The notes: a model not told the origin generated them from the letters alone. 64,000 nucleotides of DNA from Flavobacteriaceae bacterium (GCA_947464335.1 CANHWG010000001.1:24835-88834), one strand, 5' to 3'. Shown: positions 10,427 through 21,659, numbered from the stretch's first letter. A program made the numbers and translations.

Positions 10427-12436
10427 ATGAAACTAGATTCTAAAATTCCAGAAGGTCATATTTCAAAAAAATGGACCGATTATAAAGACCATTTAAAATT
10501 AGTGGCTCCAAACAACCGACCAAAAATCGACATCATTGTTGTTGGTACTGGTTTAGCGGGTGCTTCAGCAGCCGCTTCCTTGGGAGAAATGGGGTATAAT
10601 GTAAAAGCTTTTTGTTTTCAAGATTCACCTAGAAGAGCACACTCAATAGCTGCTCAAGGTGGAATTAATGCAGCAAAGAATTACCAAAATGATGGTGACA
10701 GTACTTACAGATTATTTTATGATACGATAAAAGGAGGTGATTATAGAGCGCGTGAAGCCAATGTACACCGTTTGGCTGAAGTTTCTGCCAATATTATTGA
10801 CCAATGCGTAGCTCAAGGCGTTCCTTTTGCTCGTGATTATGGTGGAATGTTAGACAACCGTTCGTTTGGAGGAACTCAATTACAACGTACGTTTTATGCC
10901 GCAGGACAAACCGGACAACAATTATTATTAGGCGCCTATTCAGCATTATCAAGACAAATTGGTTTAGGTCGTGTTCAAATGTTCAACCGTCACGAAATGC
11001 TAGATTTAGTAAAAGTGGACGGAAAAGCTCGTGGAATTATCGCACGTAACTTAGTTACAGGAGAGTTAGAAAGACACGCTGCTCATGCTGTTGTTATTGC
11101 ATCTGGTGGATACGGAAATGTGTATTTCCTTTCTACAAATGCCATGGGAAGTAACGTAACTGCAGGATGGAAAATTCATAAAAAAGGCGCGCTATTTGCT
11201 AATCCTTGTTTTGTGCAAATTCATCCAACCTGTATTCCGGTTCACGGAGTTAATCAATCCAAATTGACGTTGATGTCTGAATCTTTACGTAACTCTGGCA
11301 GAATTTGGGTTCCTAAAAGAAAAGAAGATGCACAAGCGATTCGTGAAGGGAAATTAAAACCAACACAACTTAAAGAAGAAGATAGAGACTATTTCTTAGA
11401 AAGAAAATACCCAGCTTTTGGAAATTTAGTGCCACGTGATGTTGCCTCTAGAGCAGCAAAAGAATTATGCGATCAAGGTTTCGGAATAGAAGCAAATGAC
11501 ACTAACGAAGGAGTTTATTTAGATTATTCTACGGAGATTCAAACCAAAGGAAAACAAGCGGCCTATGCCAAAGGAAATCATAATCCAACTGCGGAAGAAA
11601 TAACAGCACTAGGAAAGAAATGGCTTGAAGAGAAATACGGTAACCTTTTTGAAATGTATGAAAAAATTACCGATGAAAATCCATACGAAACACCAATGAA
11701 AATATATCCAGCGGTTCACTATACTATGGGTGGCGTTTGGGTTGATTATAACTTACAATCTACTATTCCAGGATGTTTCGTAGCTGGTGAAGCTAATTTT
11801 TCTGATCACGGAGCCAACAGATTAGGAGCTTCTGCTTTAATGCAAGGATTGGCTGATGGATATTTCGTCTTGCCTTATACCATTTCAAATTATTTGGCAG
11901 ATGAAATCAGAACCGGAAAAATCTCAACAGATTTACCTGAATTTGCTGAAGCAGAAAACAGCGTGAAAGAAACTATCCATAAATTCCTAAACAATAACGG
12001 TTCTAAATCGGTTGACCATTTCCATAAACGATTAGGATTGATTATGTGGAATAAAGTTGGAATGGGAAGAAACGAAAAAGGATTAAAAGAAGCTATAGCT
12101 GAAATCGCTGCTTTAAAAGAAGAATTCTATAAAGACGTTTACGTTCCAGGAAGCGCAAATGAATTGAACCAAGAATTAGAAAAAGCAATTCGCGTAGCTG
12201 ACTTTATTGATTTAGGACAATTAATGGCAATGGATGCGTTGCAACGTAATGAATCTTGCGGTGGACATTTCAGAGAAGAATACCAAGATTCAGAAGGAGA
12301 AACACTTCGTGATGATGAAAACTTTTCATTCGTTAGCGCCTGGGAATATATGGGCTTCGACATTAGTAAAGAAAACCTTCATAAAGAAGAATTGAAATAC
12401 GAGTTTATCAAAATAGCCGCCCGTAATTACAAGTAA
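10427..12436 (+). CDS. sdhA: Succinate dehydrogenase/fumarate reductase flavoprotein subunit
   Basis: [40 protein letters not shown]. Confidence 0.95.
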   Translation: MKLDSKIPEGHISKKWTDYKDHLKLVAPNNRPKIDIIVVGTGLAGASAAASLGEMGYNVKAFCFQDSPRRAHSIAAQGGINAAKNYQNDGDSTYRLFYDTIKGGDYRAREANVHRLAEVSANIIDQCVAQGVPFARDYGGMLDNRSFGGTQLQRTFYAAGQTGQQLLLGAYSALSRQIGLGRVQMFNRHEMLDLVKVDGKARGIIARNLVTGELERHAAHAVVIASGGYGNVYFLSTNAMGSNVTAGWKIHKKGALFANPCFVQIHPTCIPVHGVNQSKLTLMSESLRNSGRIWVPKRKEDAQAIREGKLKPTQLKEEDRDYFLERKYPAFGNLVPRDVASRAAKELCDQGFGIEANDTNEGVYLDYSTEIQTKGKQAAYAKGNHNPTAEEITALGKKWLEEKYGNLFEMYEKITDENPYETPMKIYPAVHYTMGGVWVDYNLQSTIPGCFVAGEANFSDHGANRLGASALMQGLADGYFVLPYTISNYLADEIRTGKISTDLPEFAEAENSVKETIHKFLNNNGSKSVDHFHKRLGLIMWNKVGMGRNEKGLKEAIAEIAALKEEFYKDVYVPGSANELNQELEKAIRVADFIDLGQLMAMDALQRNESCGGHFREEYQDSEGETLRDDENFSFVSAWEYMGFDISKENLHKEELKYEFIKIAARNYK

Positions 12437-12876
12437 TTAGCCATTAGTCAAAAGGCAATAGAAAATGAGTGAAGTTAAATCATATAAAGATTTATTAATT
12501 TGGCAGAAAGGAATTGACGTTGCCATTTATTTATATGAATTAGTTGAAGATTTTCCGAAAGAAGAAATTTATGCTTTAACGAGCCAATTAAAAAGAGCTT
12601 CTATTTCAATATCTTCAAATATTGCAGAAGGTTATGGGAGAAATTCTACTCAAAGTTATATCCATTTCTTATGCATTTCAAGAGGTTCTTTATTCGAATT
12701 AGAAACTCAAATGATAATAGCCAATAGATTAAAATTCATTAAAAATGAAACTTTGTTTTCTGAATTAATGAATCAAATTACAGAACAAAGCAAAATGATA
12801 AATTCATTTATAAACAAATTAGAATCAAGTAAATCATAATTAAACTAATGCCTTTTGCCTTATGGCTTTTGGCTAA
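12437..12876. mobile_element. Four-helix-bundle gene cassette bounded by inverted heptamer-repeat arrays
   Basis: Left ttagcca-ttagtca-aaaggca-atag (12437-12461); right ctaa-tgccttt-tgcctta-tggcttt-tggctaa (12845-12876) is its imperfect reverse complement. Confidence 0.55.
12465..12839 (+). CDS. Four-helix-bundle protein (23S rRNA intervening-sequence protein / Avd-like family)
   Basis: SYKDLLIWQK, FPKEEIYALTSQLKRASISISSNIAEGYGR, GSLFELETQ. Confidence 0.9.
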   Translation: MSEVKSYKDLLIWQKGIDVAIYLYELVEDFPKEEIYALTSQLKRASISISSNIAEGYGRNSTQSYIHFLCISRGSLFELETQMIIANRLKFIKNETLFSELMNQITEQSKMINSFINKLESSKS

Positions 12877-12887
12877 ATAAAGAAAAT

Positions 12888-13649
12888 ATGAGCGCAGCAA
12901 AAAACATCAATATAAACCTTAAAATTTGGCGTCAGAAAGATGCTAAATCTAAAGGAAGCATGGAAACTTATAAATTAGATAATGTTTCGACAGCCAGTTC
13001 ATTTTTGGAAATGTTAGACCAATTGAATGAACAATTAATTAATGAAAAAAAAGCACCTGTAGCTTTCGATCACGATTGTCGCGAAGGAATTTGCGGAATG
13101 TGTTCGTTATACATTAACGGAAGAGCGCACGGACCAGAAACTGGTACAACAACGTGTCAATTGCACATGCGTAAATTTAAAGACGGTGACACGATTTACA
13201 TCGAACCCTGGAGAAGTAAAGCATTCCCGGTAGTAAAAGATTTAGTAGTTGACAGAAGTTCTTTTGACAGAATTCAACAAGCGGGTGGATTCGTTTCGGT
13301 AAATACTTCCGGGAGAACCATTGATGCTAATGCTACTCCAATTCCAAAACACGACGCTGATAAAGCTTTTGAAGCTGCTGCTTGCATTGGTTGTGGCGCT
13401 TGTGTTGCTACTTGCAAAAACGGTTCGGCCATGTTATTTGTTGGCGCCAAAGTTTCACAATATGCTTTGTTACCACAAGGAAAAGTAGAAGCAACCCAAC
13501 GTGTTCTTAACATGGTCCGACAAATGGACGAAGAAGGATTCGGAAATTGCACCAATACCGGAGCTTGTGAAGTAGAATGTCCTAAAGGAATTTCGTTAGA
13601 AAATATTGCTCGTATGAATAGAGAGTATTTATCGGCAAGTATGAAATAA
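12888..13649 (+). CDS. sdhB: Succinate dehydrogenase/fumarate reductase iron-sulfur subunit
   Basis: [29 protein letters not shown] Fe-S motifs; ATG at 12888 (MSAAKNI). Confidence 0.95.
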   Translation: MSAAKNININLKIWRQKDAKSKGSMETYKLDNVSTASSFLEMLDQLNEQLINEKKAPVAFDHDCREGICGMCSLYINGRAHGPETGTTTCQLHMRKFKDGDTIYIEPWRSKAFPVVKDLVVDRSSFDRIQQAGGFVSVNTSGRTIDANATPIPKHDADKAFEAAACIGCGACVATCKNGSAMLFVGAKVSQYALLPQGKVEATQRVLNMVRQMDEEGFGNCTNTGACEVECPKGISLENIARMNREYLSASMK

Positions 13650-13714
13650 AACAGTTTGTCATAGCTTCGCTAGTTTGAGTACAGTGCTCAGGACAGACGA
13701 AGAAAACATCATAG

Positions 13715-13748
13715 AACGCATTCATTAATTTGAGTGCGTTTTTTTTTG
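13715..13748 (+). terminator. Intrinsic terminator of the sdh operon
   Basis: aacgcattca-ttaatt-tgagtgcgtt plus T9. Confidence 0.75.
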
Positions 13749-13776
13749 CTACGTTCAGTTTGGCTTTGCCTGGGTT

Positions 13777-13867
13777 GGCGTGCCCTCGTTTTTAGAACGA
13801 GGTCGGGCTGTACACAGTACAAGTTTACCTTTCGGCAAACTGGGTACTTGCTTCCATCCCTCACGCA
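13777..13867 (+). repeat. Structured dispersed repeat, copy 1
   Basis: ggcgtg-ccctcgtt...aacgagg-tcgggctg...ggtacttgcttccatccctcacgca; second copy at 41311-41381. Confidence 0.7.
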
Positions 13868-13910
13868 GACTATGCATAAAAATTGTATCTTTGGAGTATA
13901 ACATTAGACC

Positions 13911-16790
13911 ATGAAAAAAAAGCTTTTAATCCTATTTTTATTGCTAACATTTTCCGTATTCGGACAAATAAATTATCATCAATACGTTAATCCAATGATT
14001 GGTACCGGTGGCCATGGACACACCTATCCGGGTGCTACGGTTCCTTTTGGAATGGTACAATTGTCGCCCGATACTAGAATCAATGGTAGTTGGGATGGCT
14101 GTTCGGGCTATCATTATTCAGATAACGTAATTTACGGTTTTTCACACACGCATTTAAACGGAACAGGTTGTTCCGATTATGGAGACATCATGCTGATGCC
14201 AACCATGGGTGAACCGTCATTTGACAACAACATCTATTCTTCCACATTTTCGCATCAAAACGAAAAAGCTTCCGCCGGATTTTATAGCGTAAAATTAGAC
14301 AAACACAATATTGATGTGCGTTTAACCACTTCAACACGAGTTGGATTTCATGAATATACATTTACTAAAAATGGTCAAGCCAATATTATCCTCGATTTAA
14401 ATCATAGAGATAAGTTGTTGCAAGGCGAAGTCAGAATAGTAAACGCTAAAACCATCGAGATTCTAAGGAGAAGCGAAGCTTGGGCAAGAAACCAATTCGT
14501 TTATGCTCGAATTGAGTTTAATGTACCTTTGAAAGTTAATTTGGTTGAAGAAGAAAACAAGGAAAGCACAAAATTACAGGGTATATATAAAGGAACTAAA
14601 TTAGCTTTAAGTTTTTCCAAACAAGTAAAAAAAGGAGAAAAAATTCTGGTAAAAGTAGCTTTGTCACCTACAAGTTACGAAGGAGCAATGGGTAACATGA
14701 GCGAAGTCAACCATTGGGATTTTAATAAAGTTAAAAAAAATGCGGAACAACTTTGGGATAAACAATTATCCAAAATTGAAATCGATGAATCTGATTTAAA
14801 TAAAAAAACTATTTTCTATACCGCTCTATATCATTCGATGGTGCAGCCTAATATTGCTCAAGATATTGACGGTAAATACCGTGGCCGAGATAATAAAATT
14901 CATCAAGCGGAAGGGTTTGATTACTATTCAGTGTTTTCACTTTGGGACACGTTTCGCGCAGCGCATCCATTGTATACGTTAATCGAAAAGAAACGTACAG
15001 CTGATTTCATCAATACCTTTCTAAAACAATACGAACAAGGCGGAAGATTACCCGTTTGGGAACTATCTTCTAACGAGACCGATTGTATGATTGGCTATCA
15101 CTCGGTTTCCGTGATGGCAGATGCTATGGCAAAAGGCATTACGGGTTTTGATTATGAAAAATGTTTTGAAGCTGCCAAACATTCGGCAATGTTAGACCAT
15201 TTGGGATTAGATGCCTACAAAAGACAAGGTTTTATTTCGATGGATGATGAACATGAAAGCGTTTCTAAAACCTTGGAATATGCTTATGATGATTGGTGTA
15301 TTGCGCAAATGGCTCAAATTTTAAACAAAAAAGAAGACTACGATTATTTCATGCAACGTTCACAAAGTTGGAAGAATGTATTCGATTGGAATACTGGTTT
15401 CATGCGTCCTAAGAAAAACGGCGGTTGGGACAAACCATTTGACCCAAGAGAAATCAACAATAATTTTACTGAAGGCAATAGTTGGCAATACTCCTTTTTT
15501 GTCCCACAAGATATTCCTGGGATGATTGCAGCGTATGGCGGAAACGACAAATTTGAAGCCAAACTCGATGAAATGTTCAACAGCGAGAGTAAAACTACAG
15601 GCCGCGAACAAGTTGATGTTACCGGATTAATTGGGCAATATGCGCACGGGAATGAACCCAGTCACCACATGGCGTATTTGTACAACTACATTGGAAAACC
15701 CGAAAAAACCACCGAAAAAGTACATTACATTTTAAATAATTTCTACAAAAACACACCAGATGGTTTAATTGGCAACGAAGACTGTGGACAGATGAGCGCA
15801 TGGTATGTGTTGAGTTCGATGGGAATTTATGCCATTACACCTGGAGAAGAAAAATGGGAAAGTAATGAACCTTTATTTGACCAAATTAAAATAAATGATG
15901 AATTCGGAAATAATTTAGTTGACTACAAAAAAGAATATGTCCATGGTGAGTCTAATAGGATTTTTTTACTTGGGGAAAAATTAAGAGAACAATTAATTCA
16001 AAAAAGAAGTTCTATGCTATCTCAATTTGATTATTCACAAATAACCTCCGAGAATACAAATTACAAAAAAATCACTCCAGTTCCAGTAATTCAGGCGGAA
16101 AGTAAATCGTTTAAGGATAGAATGAAGGTTGAAGTAAAATCACAAAATCCCAAGGACAATATATATTATAAAATAAATAATTATGTTGAAACATTAGAAG
16201 AAAAATCATTTGAATTGTACAATCAACCCTTTGAAATTCAGCAAAATGCAACAATATCTACTTATGTTATTAATAATAATTTGCAAAGCAACACTATCTC
16301 TGCTCAATTCTTCAAAAAACCAAACAATTTTACCATCGATATCAAGTCAACCTACAATCCACAATATCATGCCGGCGGAAAGGATGGTTTATTAGACGGC
16401 ATATTTGGCACCACCAATTGGCGAAAAGGCGATTGGCAAGGATATCAAAGTCAAGATTTTGAAGCCATTGTTGATTTACAAGAACCAAAATCTATTTCCG
16501 AATTTCATTCTAATTATTTGCAAGACCAACGTTCTTGGATTTTAATGCCAACCAAAGTAGAATATTATACATCTATGGATAATATCAATTTTACTTTGGT
16601 TACTACCATCAATAATGATGTAAATCCGAAACAAGAAGAAAACAGCATTAAAGATTTCAGTTATACTACAAAACCAATCAATGTACGCTATGTAAAAGTT
16701 AAAGCCATTAATTTTGGTAAATTGCCCGAATGGCATCAAGGTTTTGGAGGTGATGCTTTTATTTTTATTGATGAAATAACTATTAAGTAG
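13911..16790 (+). CDS. GH92 alpha-1,2-mannosidase with C-terminal Fn3-like and F5/8-type modules
   Basis: VNPMIGTGGHGHTYPGATVPFGMVQLSPDT, SLWDTFR, HGNEPSHH, GNEDCGQMSAWY; C-terminal FIFIDEITIK. Confidence 0.9.
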   Translation: MKKKLLILFLLLTFSVFGQINYHQYVNPMIGTGGHGHTYPGATVPFGMVQLSPDTRINGSWDGCSGYHYSDNVIYGFSHTHLNGTGCSDYGDIMLMPTMGEPSFDNNIYSSTFSHQNEKASAGFYSVKLDKHNIDVRLTTSTRVGFHEYTFTKNGQANIILDLNHRDKLLQGEVRIVNAKTIEILRRSEAWARNQFVYARIEFNVPLKVNLVEEENKESTKLQGIYKGTKLALSFSKQVKKGEKILVKVALSPTSYEGAMGNMSEVNHWDFNKVKKNAEQLWDKQLSKIEIDESDLNKKTIFYTALYHSMVQPNIAQDIDGKYRGRDNKIHQAEGFDYYSVFSLWDTFRAAHPLYTLIEKKRTADFINTFLKQYEQGGRLPVWELSSNETDCMIGYHSVSVMADAMAKGITGFDYEKCFEAAKHSAMLDHLGLDAYKRQGFISMDDEHESVSKTLEYAYDDWCIAQMAQILNKKEDYDYFMQRSQSWKNVFDWNTGFMRPKKNGGWDKPFDPREINNNFTEGNSWQYSFFVPQDIPGMIAAYGGNDKFEAKLDEMFNSESKTTGREQVDVTGLIGQYAHGNEPSHHMAYLYNYIGKPEKTTEKVHYILNNFYKNTPDGLIGNEDCGQMSAWYVLSSMGIYAITPGEEKWESNEPLFDQIKINDEFGNNLVDYKKEYVHGESNRIFLLGEKLREQLIQKRSSMLSQFDYSQITSENTNYKKITPVPVIQAESKSFKDRMKVEVKSQNPKDNIYYKINNYVETLEEKSFELYNQPFEIQQNATISTYVINNNLQSNTISAQFFKKPNNFTIDIKSTYNPQYHAGGKDGLLDGIFGTTNWRKGDWQGYQSQDFEAIVDLQEPKSISEFHSNYLQDQRSWILMPTKVEYYTSMDNINFTLVTTINNDVNPKQEENSIKDFSYTTKPINVRYVKVKAINFGKLPEWHQGFGGDAFIFIDEITIK

Positions 16791-16861
16791 CTAGCCAAAA
16801 GCACAAGAATTTAGAATAACTTTACTAATCACTAATGGCAATTGCCTAATGCCTGAATAAA

Positions 16862-17632
16862 ATGAAAATTGCCCTAATACAAACCTCCCTAATTTGGGAA
16901 AATCCAACCGAAAACCGGAGTCATTTGGCACAAAAAATTACCGGTTTTATGGAAGACGTCGACTTGATTGTGCTTCCCGAAATGTTTTCATCTGGATTTA
17001 CTATGAATCCAAAGGCAGTGGCAGAAACTATGCAAGGCGAAACGATTGCTTGGTTGCAACATCTGGCGAAAGCCAAAAACTGCGCCATCACAGGAAGTTT
17101 AGTAGTTGAAGAAAACGGAAATTACTACAATCGGTTGGTATTTGTTTTTCCAACAAGAGAAATAAAAACCTATGACAAAAGACATTTGTTTTCATTGGCC
17201 GGAGAAAATGAATGCTACACTGCCGGAAAAGAAAAATTAGTGGTAGAATATAAAGGATATAAAATATGCCCGCTCATTTGTTATGATTTACGTTTCCCTG
17301 TATTCTCTAGAAATGTTGAAAATTATGACGTATTGCTTTATGTTGCCAATTGGCCAAAACCACGTATTAATGCTTGGGATATTTTACTAAAAGCACGCGC
17401 TGTAGAGAATATGTGTTATACTATTGGGGTAAACCGCATTGGCAAAGACCATAACCACCAGGAGTATGTTGGGCATACACAAGTGATTGATTTTTTGGGT
17501 GACTATGTTTTAGAACCACAAGAAGCAGATGCCGTTTTTATAGTAGAATTAAATAAAGCAAAGCTGTTAGAAACCCGAAAAAAATTAGCATTCCTAAAAG
17601 ATAAAGATGATTTTAAAATTGAAAACGCTTAA
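16862..17632 (+). CDS. Carbon-nitrogen hydrolase (omega-amidase YafV-like)
   Basis: VLPEMF, YDKRHLF, ICYDLRFP catalytic triad motifs, ARAVEN. Confidence 0.9.
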   Translation: MKIALIQTSLIWENPTENRSHLAQKITGFMEDVDLIVLPEMFSSGFTMNPKAVAETMQGETIAWLQHLAKAKNCAITGSLVVEENGNYYNRLVFVFPTREIKTYDKRHLFSLAGENECYTAGKEKLVVEYKGYKICPLICYDLRFPVFSRNVENYDVLLYVANWPKPRINAWDILLKARAVENMCYTIGVNRIGKDHNHQEYVGHTQVIDFLGDYVLEPQEADAVFIVELNKAKLLETRKKLAFLKDKDDFKIENA

Positions 17633-19230
17633 TTCTTAAGCTCTAAATTAAAGATCTGTTCCCAATCCCAATTAGAACGAATATTGATTTCTTTGGGAAA
17701 ATAAATCACTTCTTCAGATTGTCTTTTTTCTAGATAACTACCAGTATCCCAAGTTTTATTTTTATTGTCGTCATAAATAACTCGTAAGGTATAAGTAGCA
17801 GGCTCTATAGTGTCAAAGTTAAGGGTAGTATTTTTTTCGGGGTATTCAGTATATTTGACTTTTCCCTCTTTATCGGTTAGCTGAACAATCAAAGGAAAGC
17901 GTTTTACGTTTTCTAAAATCACTCGCATATTTCCATAATCAGATAGATTTTTAGTGCCGATACTGTAACTTAATGTGTCGTTTTTGTTATCGAAAAAATC
18001 AGTCAACGCACCAGGGAACAATATGATTTTATACTTTTCTGATGCTTCTTTTTTGAAATTTAAATAAAACTTTTGTTCAAATTCATCGTAATCTGTAGTG
18101 AAATCTAAAGCAAGAGAATCCTTGTTTTTGATGCTTATTTTTGATTTGTCAAATTGTAACAAAGGAGTCGAACTATTTAACGTAAATCGTTCACGCAACG
18201 GAAGTGTACTACTAAATTCAGCATTGATGCTTAACGTGTCTGGTTTTTGCTTTTTTAGTTTGACCGTAAAATCTTTTAAGAAGTTATCTTTTTCAATTCG
18301 AACTTGTAACGAGTCTGTTTTAATGGGTTTAAACCAAATGTGAACCGAATCTTTTTTGGGGAATTGCGTTACTAAATTCGGAAGGATTTCGGCACCGTTT
18401 TTTATAGTGACCTTTATTCCTTTGGGATTGCCTTCATAACCCATTAGCATTTTGTTCCCCGATGCTTGCGATGGTTTTATTGCCGTAAAAGGAATTTTCT
18501 CTTTAAATAACTCAAGTTCAAAAATAGTATCATTCGGAATAGTAATGTATTGTTTTTGAAAACCAATTTTATCCACTTTAGGGTTAAATTTATTGTTTCC
18601 GTTATCTTTTAAAGCAAGTAAGAGATATTTTCCTGCTTTTATGTTTTCTAACGTGACAATTTTGAGACTATCTAAGGTATTAGTTATGTATCTTGGAGTT
18701 TCCTTGTAAATCGTAGAATCATTAAATTTTTCATTGATTTCATAAAGCATCACCGAAACAAAATTATCTTGCTTTTTTTCTAAAGCATCTTTTATTTTTA
18801 CGTTTAATTTTAAGGAATCGATGGTAGCTCCAGTTGAGAATAGGTATTTGAATTGGGAATACGGATTTCCTTCGTTATTGTCTTCAATACTTTGTCCGAA
18901 ATTAAAACTGTAGGTAGTATTGGGCAGAAGTGTATCTTTTAGTTTTATGGTAATTACTTTACTAGCATTATAAGGCAGAATCTCGGGCTGATTTTTCATG
19001 GGAGGCGAAATAATCAACTGTTTGTTAACGTTTTTCAATTTAACAAACTCATTAAAAACTAATTTAATTTCTTTGCCATTAAAATTTACGGTTCCGTTTT
19101 TTGGGAAACTCGAACTTAAAACAGGAGCAATACTATCTTTTAAACCGCCAGTAATGTTACCACGCTTGGCACAACTGGATAAGATTACTAAAAATACGAT
19201 ACAAAATAACTTGAAAATTGATTTTGGCAT
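17629..19230 (-). CDS. Ig-like (Big_5) domain lipoprotein
   Basis: Lipobox LSSC-AKRGNITGGLKDSIAP, NTTYSFNFGQSI, conserved C-terminal YDDNKNKTWDTGSY; start at MPKSIF is a judgement. Confidence 0.75.
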   Translation of the reverse strand: MPKSIFKLFCIVFLVILSSCAKRGNITGGLKDSIAPVLSSSFPKNGTVNFNGKEIKLVFNEFVKLKNVNKQLIISPPMKNQPEILPYNASKVITIKLKDTLLPNTTYSFNFGQSIEDNNEGNPYSQFKYLFSTGATIDSLKLNVKIKDALEKKQDNFVSVMLYEINEKFNDSTIYKETPRYITNTLDSLKIVTLENIKAGKYLLLALKDNGNNKFNPKVDKIGFQKQYITIPNDTIFELELFKEKIPFTAIKPSQASGNKMLMGYEGNPKGIKVTIKNGAEILPNLVTQFPKKDSVHIWFKPIKTDSLQVRIEKDNFLKDFTVKLKKQKPDTLSINAEFSSTLPLRERFTLNSSTPLLQFDKSKISIKNKDSLALDFTTDYDEFEQKFYLNFKKEASEKYKIILFPGALTDFFDNKNDTLSYSIGTKNLSDYGNMRVILENVKRFPLIVQLTDKEGKVKYTEYPEKNTTLNFDTIEPATYTLRVIYDDNKNKTWDTGSYLEKRQSEEVIYFPKEINIRSNWDWEQIFNLELKN

Positions 19231-19303
19231 ACGGCTGTTTTTCAAAACACAAAATAACAATTATATTTAGTGTGAATGAAATGTTTTTTGGGAAACTTAA
19301 CAT

Positions 19304-19987
19304 TTAGTTATGTGACATCGCCATACATAAAATGCTTATTTTAGCATTCGGAATTTTAAGTAAAGCCCTGCTACAGGCCTCAAGAGTAGAACCTGTTGTT
19401 AACACATCATCAATGAGAAGAAAATGTTTATTGTGATGATTTTCTGTAAATGCCACATCAAAAACAGTGGAGATAACATCCGCTCTTCCTAAAAGGTCTT
19501 TTTTGGTTTGCGTTTTAGTATAGAGTTTGCGATACAATAGCTGGTCATTAAAAGGTATTTCAAGTTTTGATGATAAAGCTCTTCCAAATTTTTCTACCTG
19601 ATTATAACCGCGTTCTTTCAATCTTTTTTTGTGCAATGGAACAGGTATTATAAAATCGATATTTTTGAAGACTTCTACCTCTTTTAATTCTTCGCTATAC
19701 CAATTGCCAATAACTTCGCCAATTTCTTCTTGTCTTTTGTATTTTAATTTATGCATCAGCTCTTGCACAATGCCTTTTTTATGGAAATAAAATAGTGCCG
19801 AACCAAATTCTAACGGAATTCTTCCATAAAACTTTTGAAAGATTTCATTCTCCTCAATTTTATGATGATTCGTCAACGGAATCTCGTGTCTGCAATGGGT
19901 ACAAATGACTTTTTCATTGCTTAATAAAAAAGAATCACAACCGGCACACGACTTAGGAAAGAATAAATTTAAAAGGTGTTTCCACAT
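19304..19987 (-). CDS. comF: ComF family amidophosphoribosyltransferase-like protein
   Basis: CAGC...CTHC zinc ribbon, PVPLH, RGYNQ, LLIDDVLTTGST. Confidence 0.85.
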   Translation of the reverse strand: MWKHLLNLFFPKSCAGCDSFLLSNEKVICTHCRHEIPLTNHHKIEENEIFQKFYGRIPLEFGSALFYFHKKGIVQELMHKLKYKRQEEIGEVIGNWYSEELKEVEVFKNIDFIIPVPLHKKRLKERGYNQVEKFGRALSSKLEIPFNDQLLYRKLYTKTQTKKDLLGRADVISTVFDVAFTENHHNKHFLLIDDVLTTGSTLEACSRALLKIPNAKISILCMAMSHN

Positions 19988-20084
19988 AAAACGCTACTTT
20001 TCTTACATAAAAGTATAAAAAAATTCCATTCTATTAGTTTTTAATTCATTAATTTAAATTCGCTTTTTATATTTTTGCATCATT

Positions 20085-21626
20085 ATGGCAAAACAAGAAG
20101 ATTTATTTAAGAACGTAGTTTCGCATGCAAAAGAGTATGGATTCATTTTTCCGTCAAGCGAAATTTACGATGGTTTGAGCGCAGTTTATGATTATGCGCA
20201 AAACGGAGTAGAATTAAAAAAGAATATTAGAGAGTATTGGTGGAAAGCTATGGTGCAAATGCACGACAATATCGTAGGTCTTGATGCTGCAATTTTGATG
20301 CATCCAACCACATGGAAAGCTTCTGGTCACGTTGATGCGTTTAATGACCCATTAATAGACAACAAAGATTCTAAAAAAAGATACAGAGCAGATGTTTTAA
20401 TTGAGGATTATGCTGAAAAATTAAACCTAAAAGCTAAAAAAGAAATCGAAAAAGCACGAGAGCGTTTTGGAGATTCTTTTGACGAAGAACAATATAAAAC
20501 GACCAATCCACGTGTGATGGAATACCTTTCGAAAGAAAGAGAAATTCTAGAACGAATGGGTCGTTCCTTAGGGAATGGTGATTTAGAGGATGTTAAAAAT
20601 CTTATCGAAGAATTAGAAATTGCCGATCCGGAAACAGGTTCTAGAAATTGGACCGATGTGAAACAATTTAACCTAATGTTTGGCACAAAACTAGGCGCTT
20701 CTGCCGAGAATGCAATGGATTTATACCTCCGTCCAGAAACAGCGCAAGGAATATTTGTAAACTTCCTTAATGTACAAAAATCAGGTAGAATGAAAGTTCC
20801 GTTTGGAATAGCGCAAACGGGCAAAGCGTTCCGTAACGAAATTGTAGCACGTCAATTCATTTTTCGAATGCGGGAGTTTGAACAAATGGAAATGCAGTTT
20901 TTTGTAAAGCCAGGAGAAGAAATGAAATGGTACGAATATTGGAAAACAACCCGATTGAATTGGCACTTGTCATTAGGTTTAGGTCGTCAAAACTATCGTT
21001 TTCATGACCACGAAAAATTAGCTCATTATGCCAATGCTGCGGCTGATATCGAATTTAATTTCCCATTTGGTTTCAAAGAATTAGAAGGAATTCACTCGAG
21101 AACCGACTTCGATTTAAAAGCTCATGAGCAATTTTCAGGTAAAAAATTACAATATTTTGATCCAGAAACCAATTCCAATTATGTTCCATATGTAGTTGAA
21201 ACTTCCGTTGGGTTAGATAGAATGTTCTTGGCGGTATTTGCTACTTCTTTAAAAGAAGAAACGTTAGAAGATGGCTCAACAAGAACTGTTTTAAGTTTAC
21301 CATCGGTATTAGCACCAACTAAAGCAGCAGTTTTACCACTGGTTAAAAAAGACGGATTACCAGAAGTAGCTCAAAAAATAATAGAAGATTTAAAATGGGA
21401 TTTCAACGTTGCTTATGATGAAAAAGATGCAGTAGGAAGACGTTATCGAAGACAAGATGCATTGGGAACACCATTCTGTATTACAGTTGACCATCAAACT
21501 TTGGAAGACCAAACGGTAACAATTCGCCATAGAGATTCTATGAAACAAGATAGAGTAAGAATAGCCGATTTAAGAACCATCATTAATGATGAGGTTTCAG
21601 TTAGAAACTGGTTGATGAAAATGTAA
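20085..21626 (+). CDS. glyQS: Glycine--tRNA ligase (alpha2, eukaryote-like type)
   Basis: SEIYDGLSAVYDY, YLRPETAQGIF, FRNEI, REFEQMEM, GRRYRRQDALGTP. Confidence 0.95.
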   Translation: MAKQEDLFKNVVSHAKEYGFIFPSSEIYDGLSAVYDYAQNGVELKKNIREYWWKAMVQMHDNIVGLDAAILMHPTTWKASGHVDAFNDPLIDNKDSKKRYRADVLIEDYAEKLNLKAKKEIEKARERFGDSFDEEQYKTTNPRVMEYLSKEREILERMGRSLGNGDLEDVKNLIEELEIADPETGSRNWTDVKQFNLMFGTKLGASAENAMDLYLRPETAQGIFVNFLNVQKSGRMKVPFGIAQTGKAFRNEIVARQFIFRMREFEQMEMQFFVKPGEEMKWYEYWKTTRLNWHLSLGLGRQNYRFHDHEKLAHYANAAADIEFNFPFGFKELEGIHSRTDFDLKAHEQFSGKKLQYFDPETNSNYVPYVVETSVGLDRMFLAVFATSLKEETLEDGSTRTVLSLPSVLAPTKAAVLPLVKKDGLPEVAQKIIEDLKWDFNVAYDEKDAVGRRYRRQDALGTPFCITVDHQTLEDQTVTIRHRDSMKQDRVRIADLRTIINDEVSVRNWLMKM

Positions 21627-21659
21627 AAAACAAAAATAGTTCTAAAGATTACTATAAAC

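Noticed and set aside
12465-12839. Avd-like gene as part of a diversity-generating retroelement
   Set aside because: No reverse transcriptase and no TR/VR pair with adenine-specific mismatches in the window; the 310-bp repeats are non-coding and their differences are not A-specific
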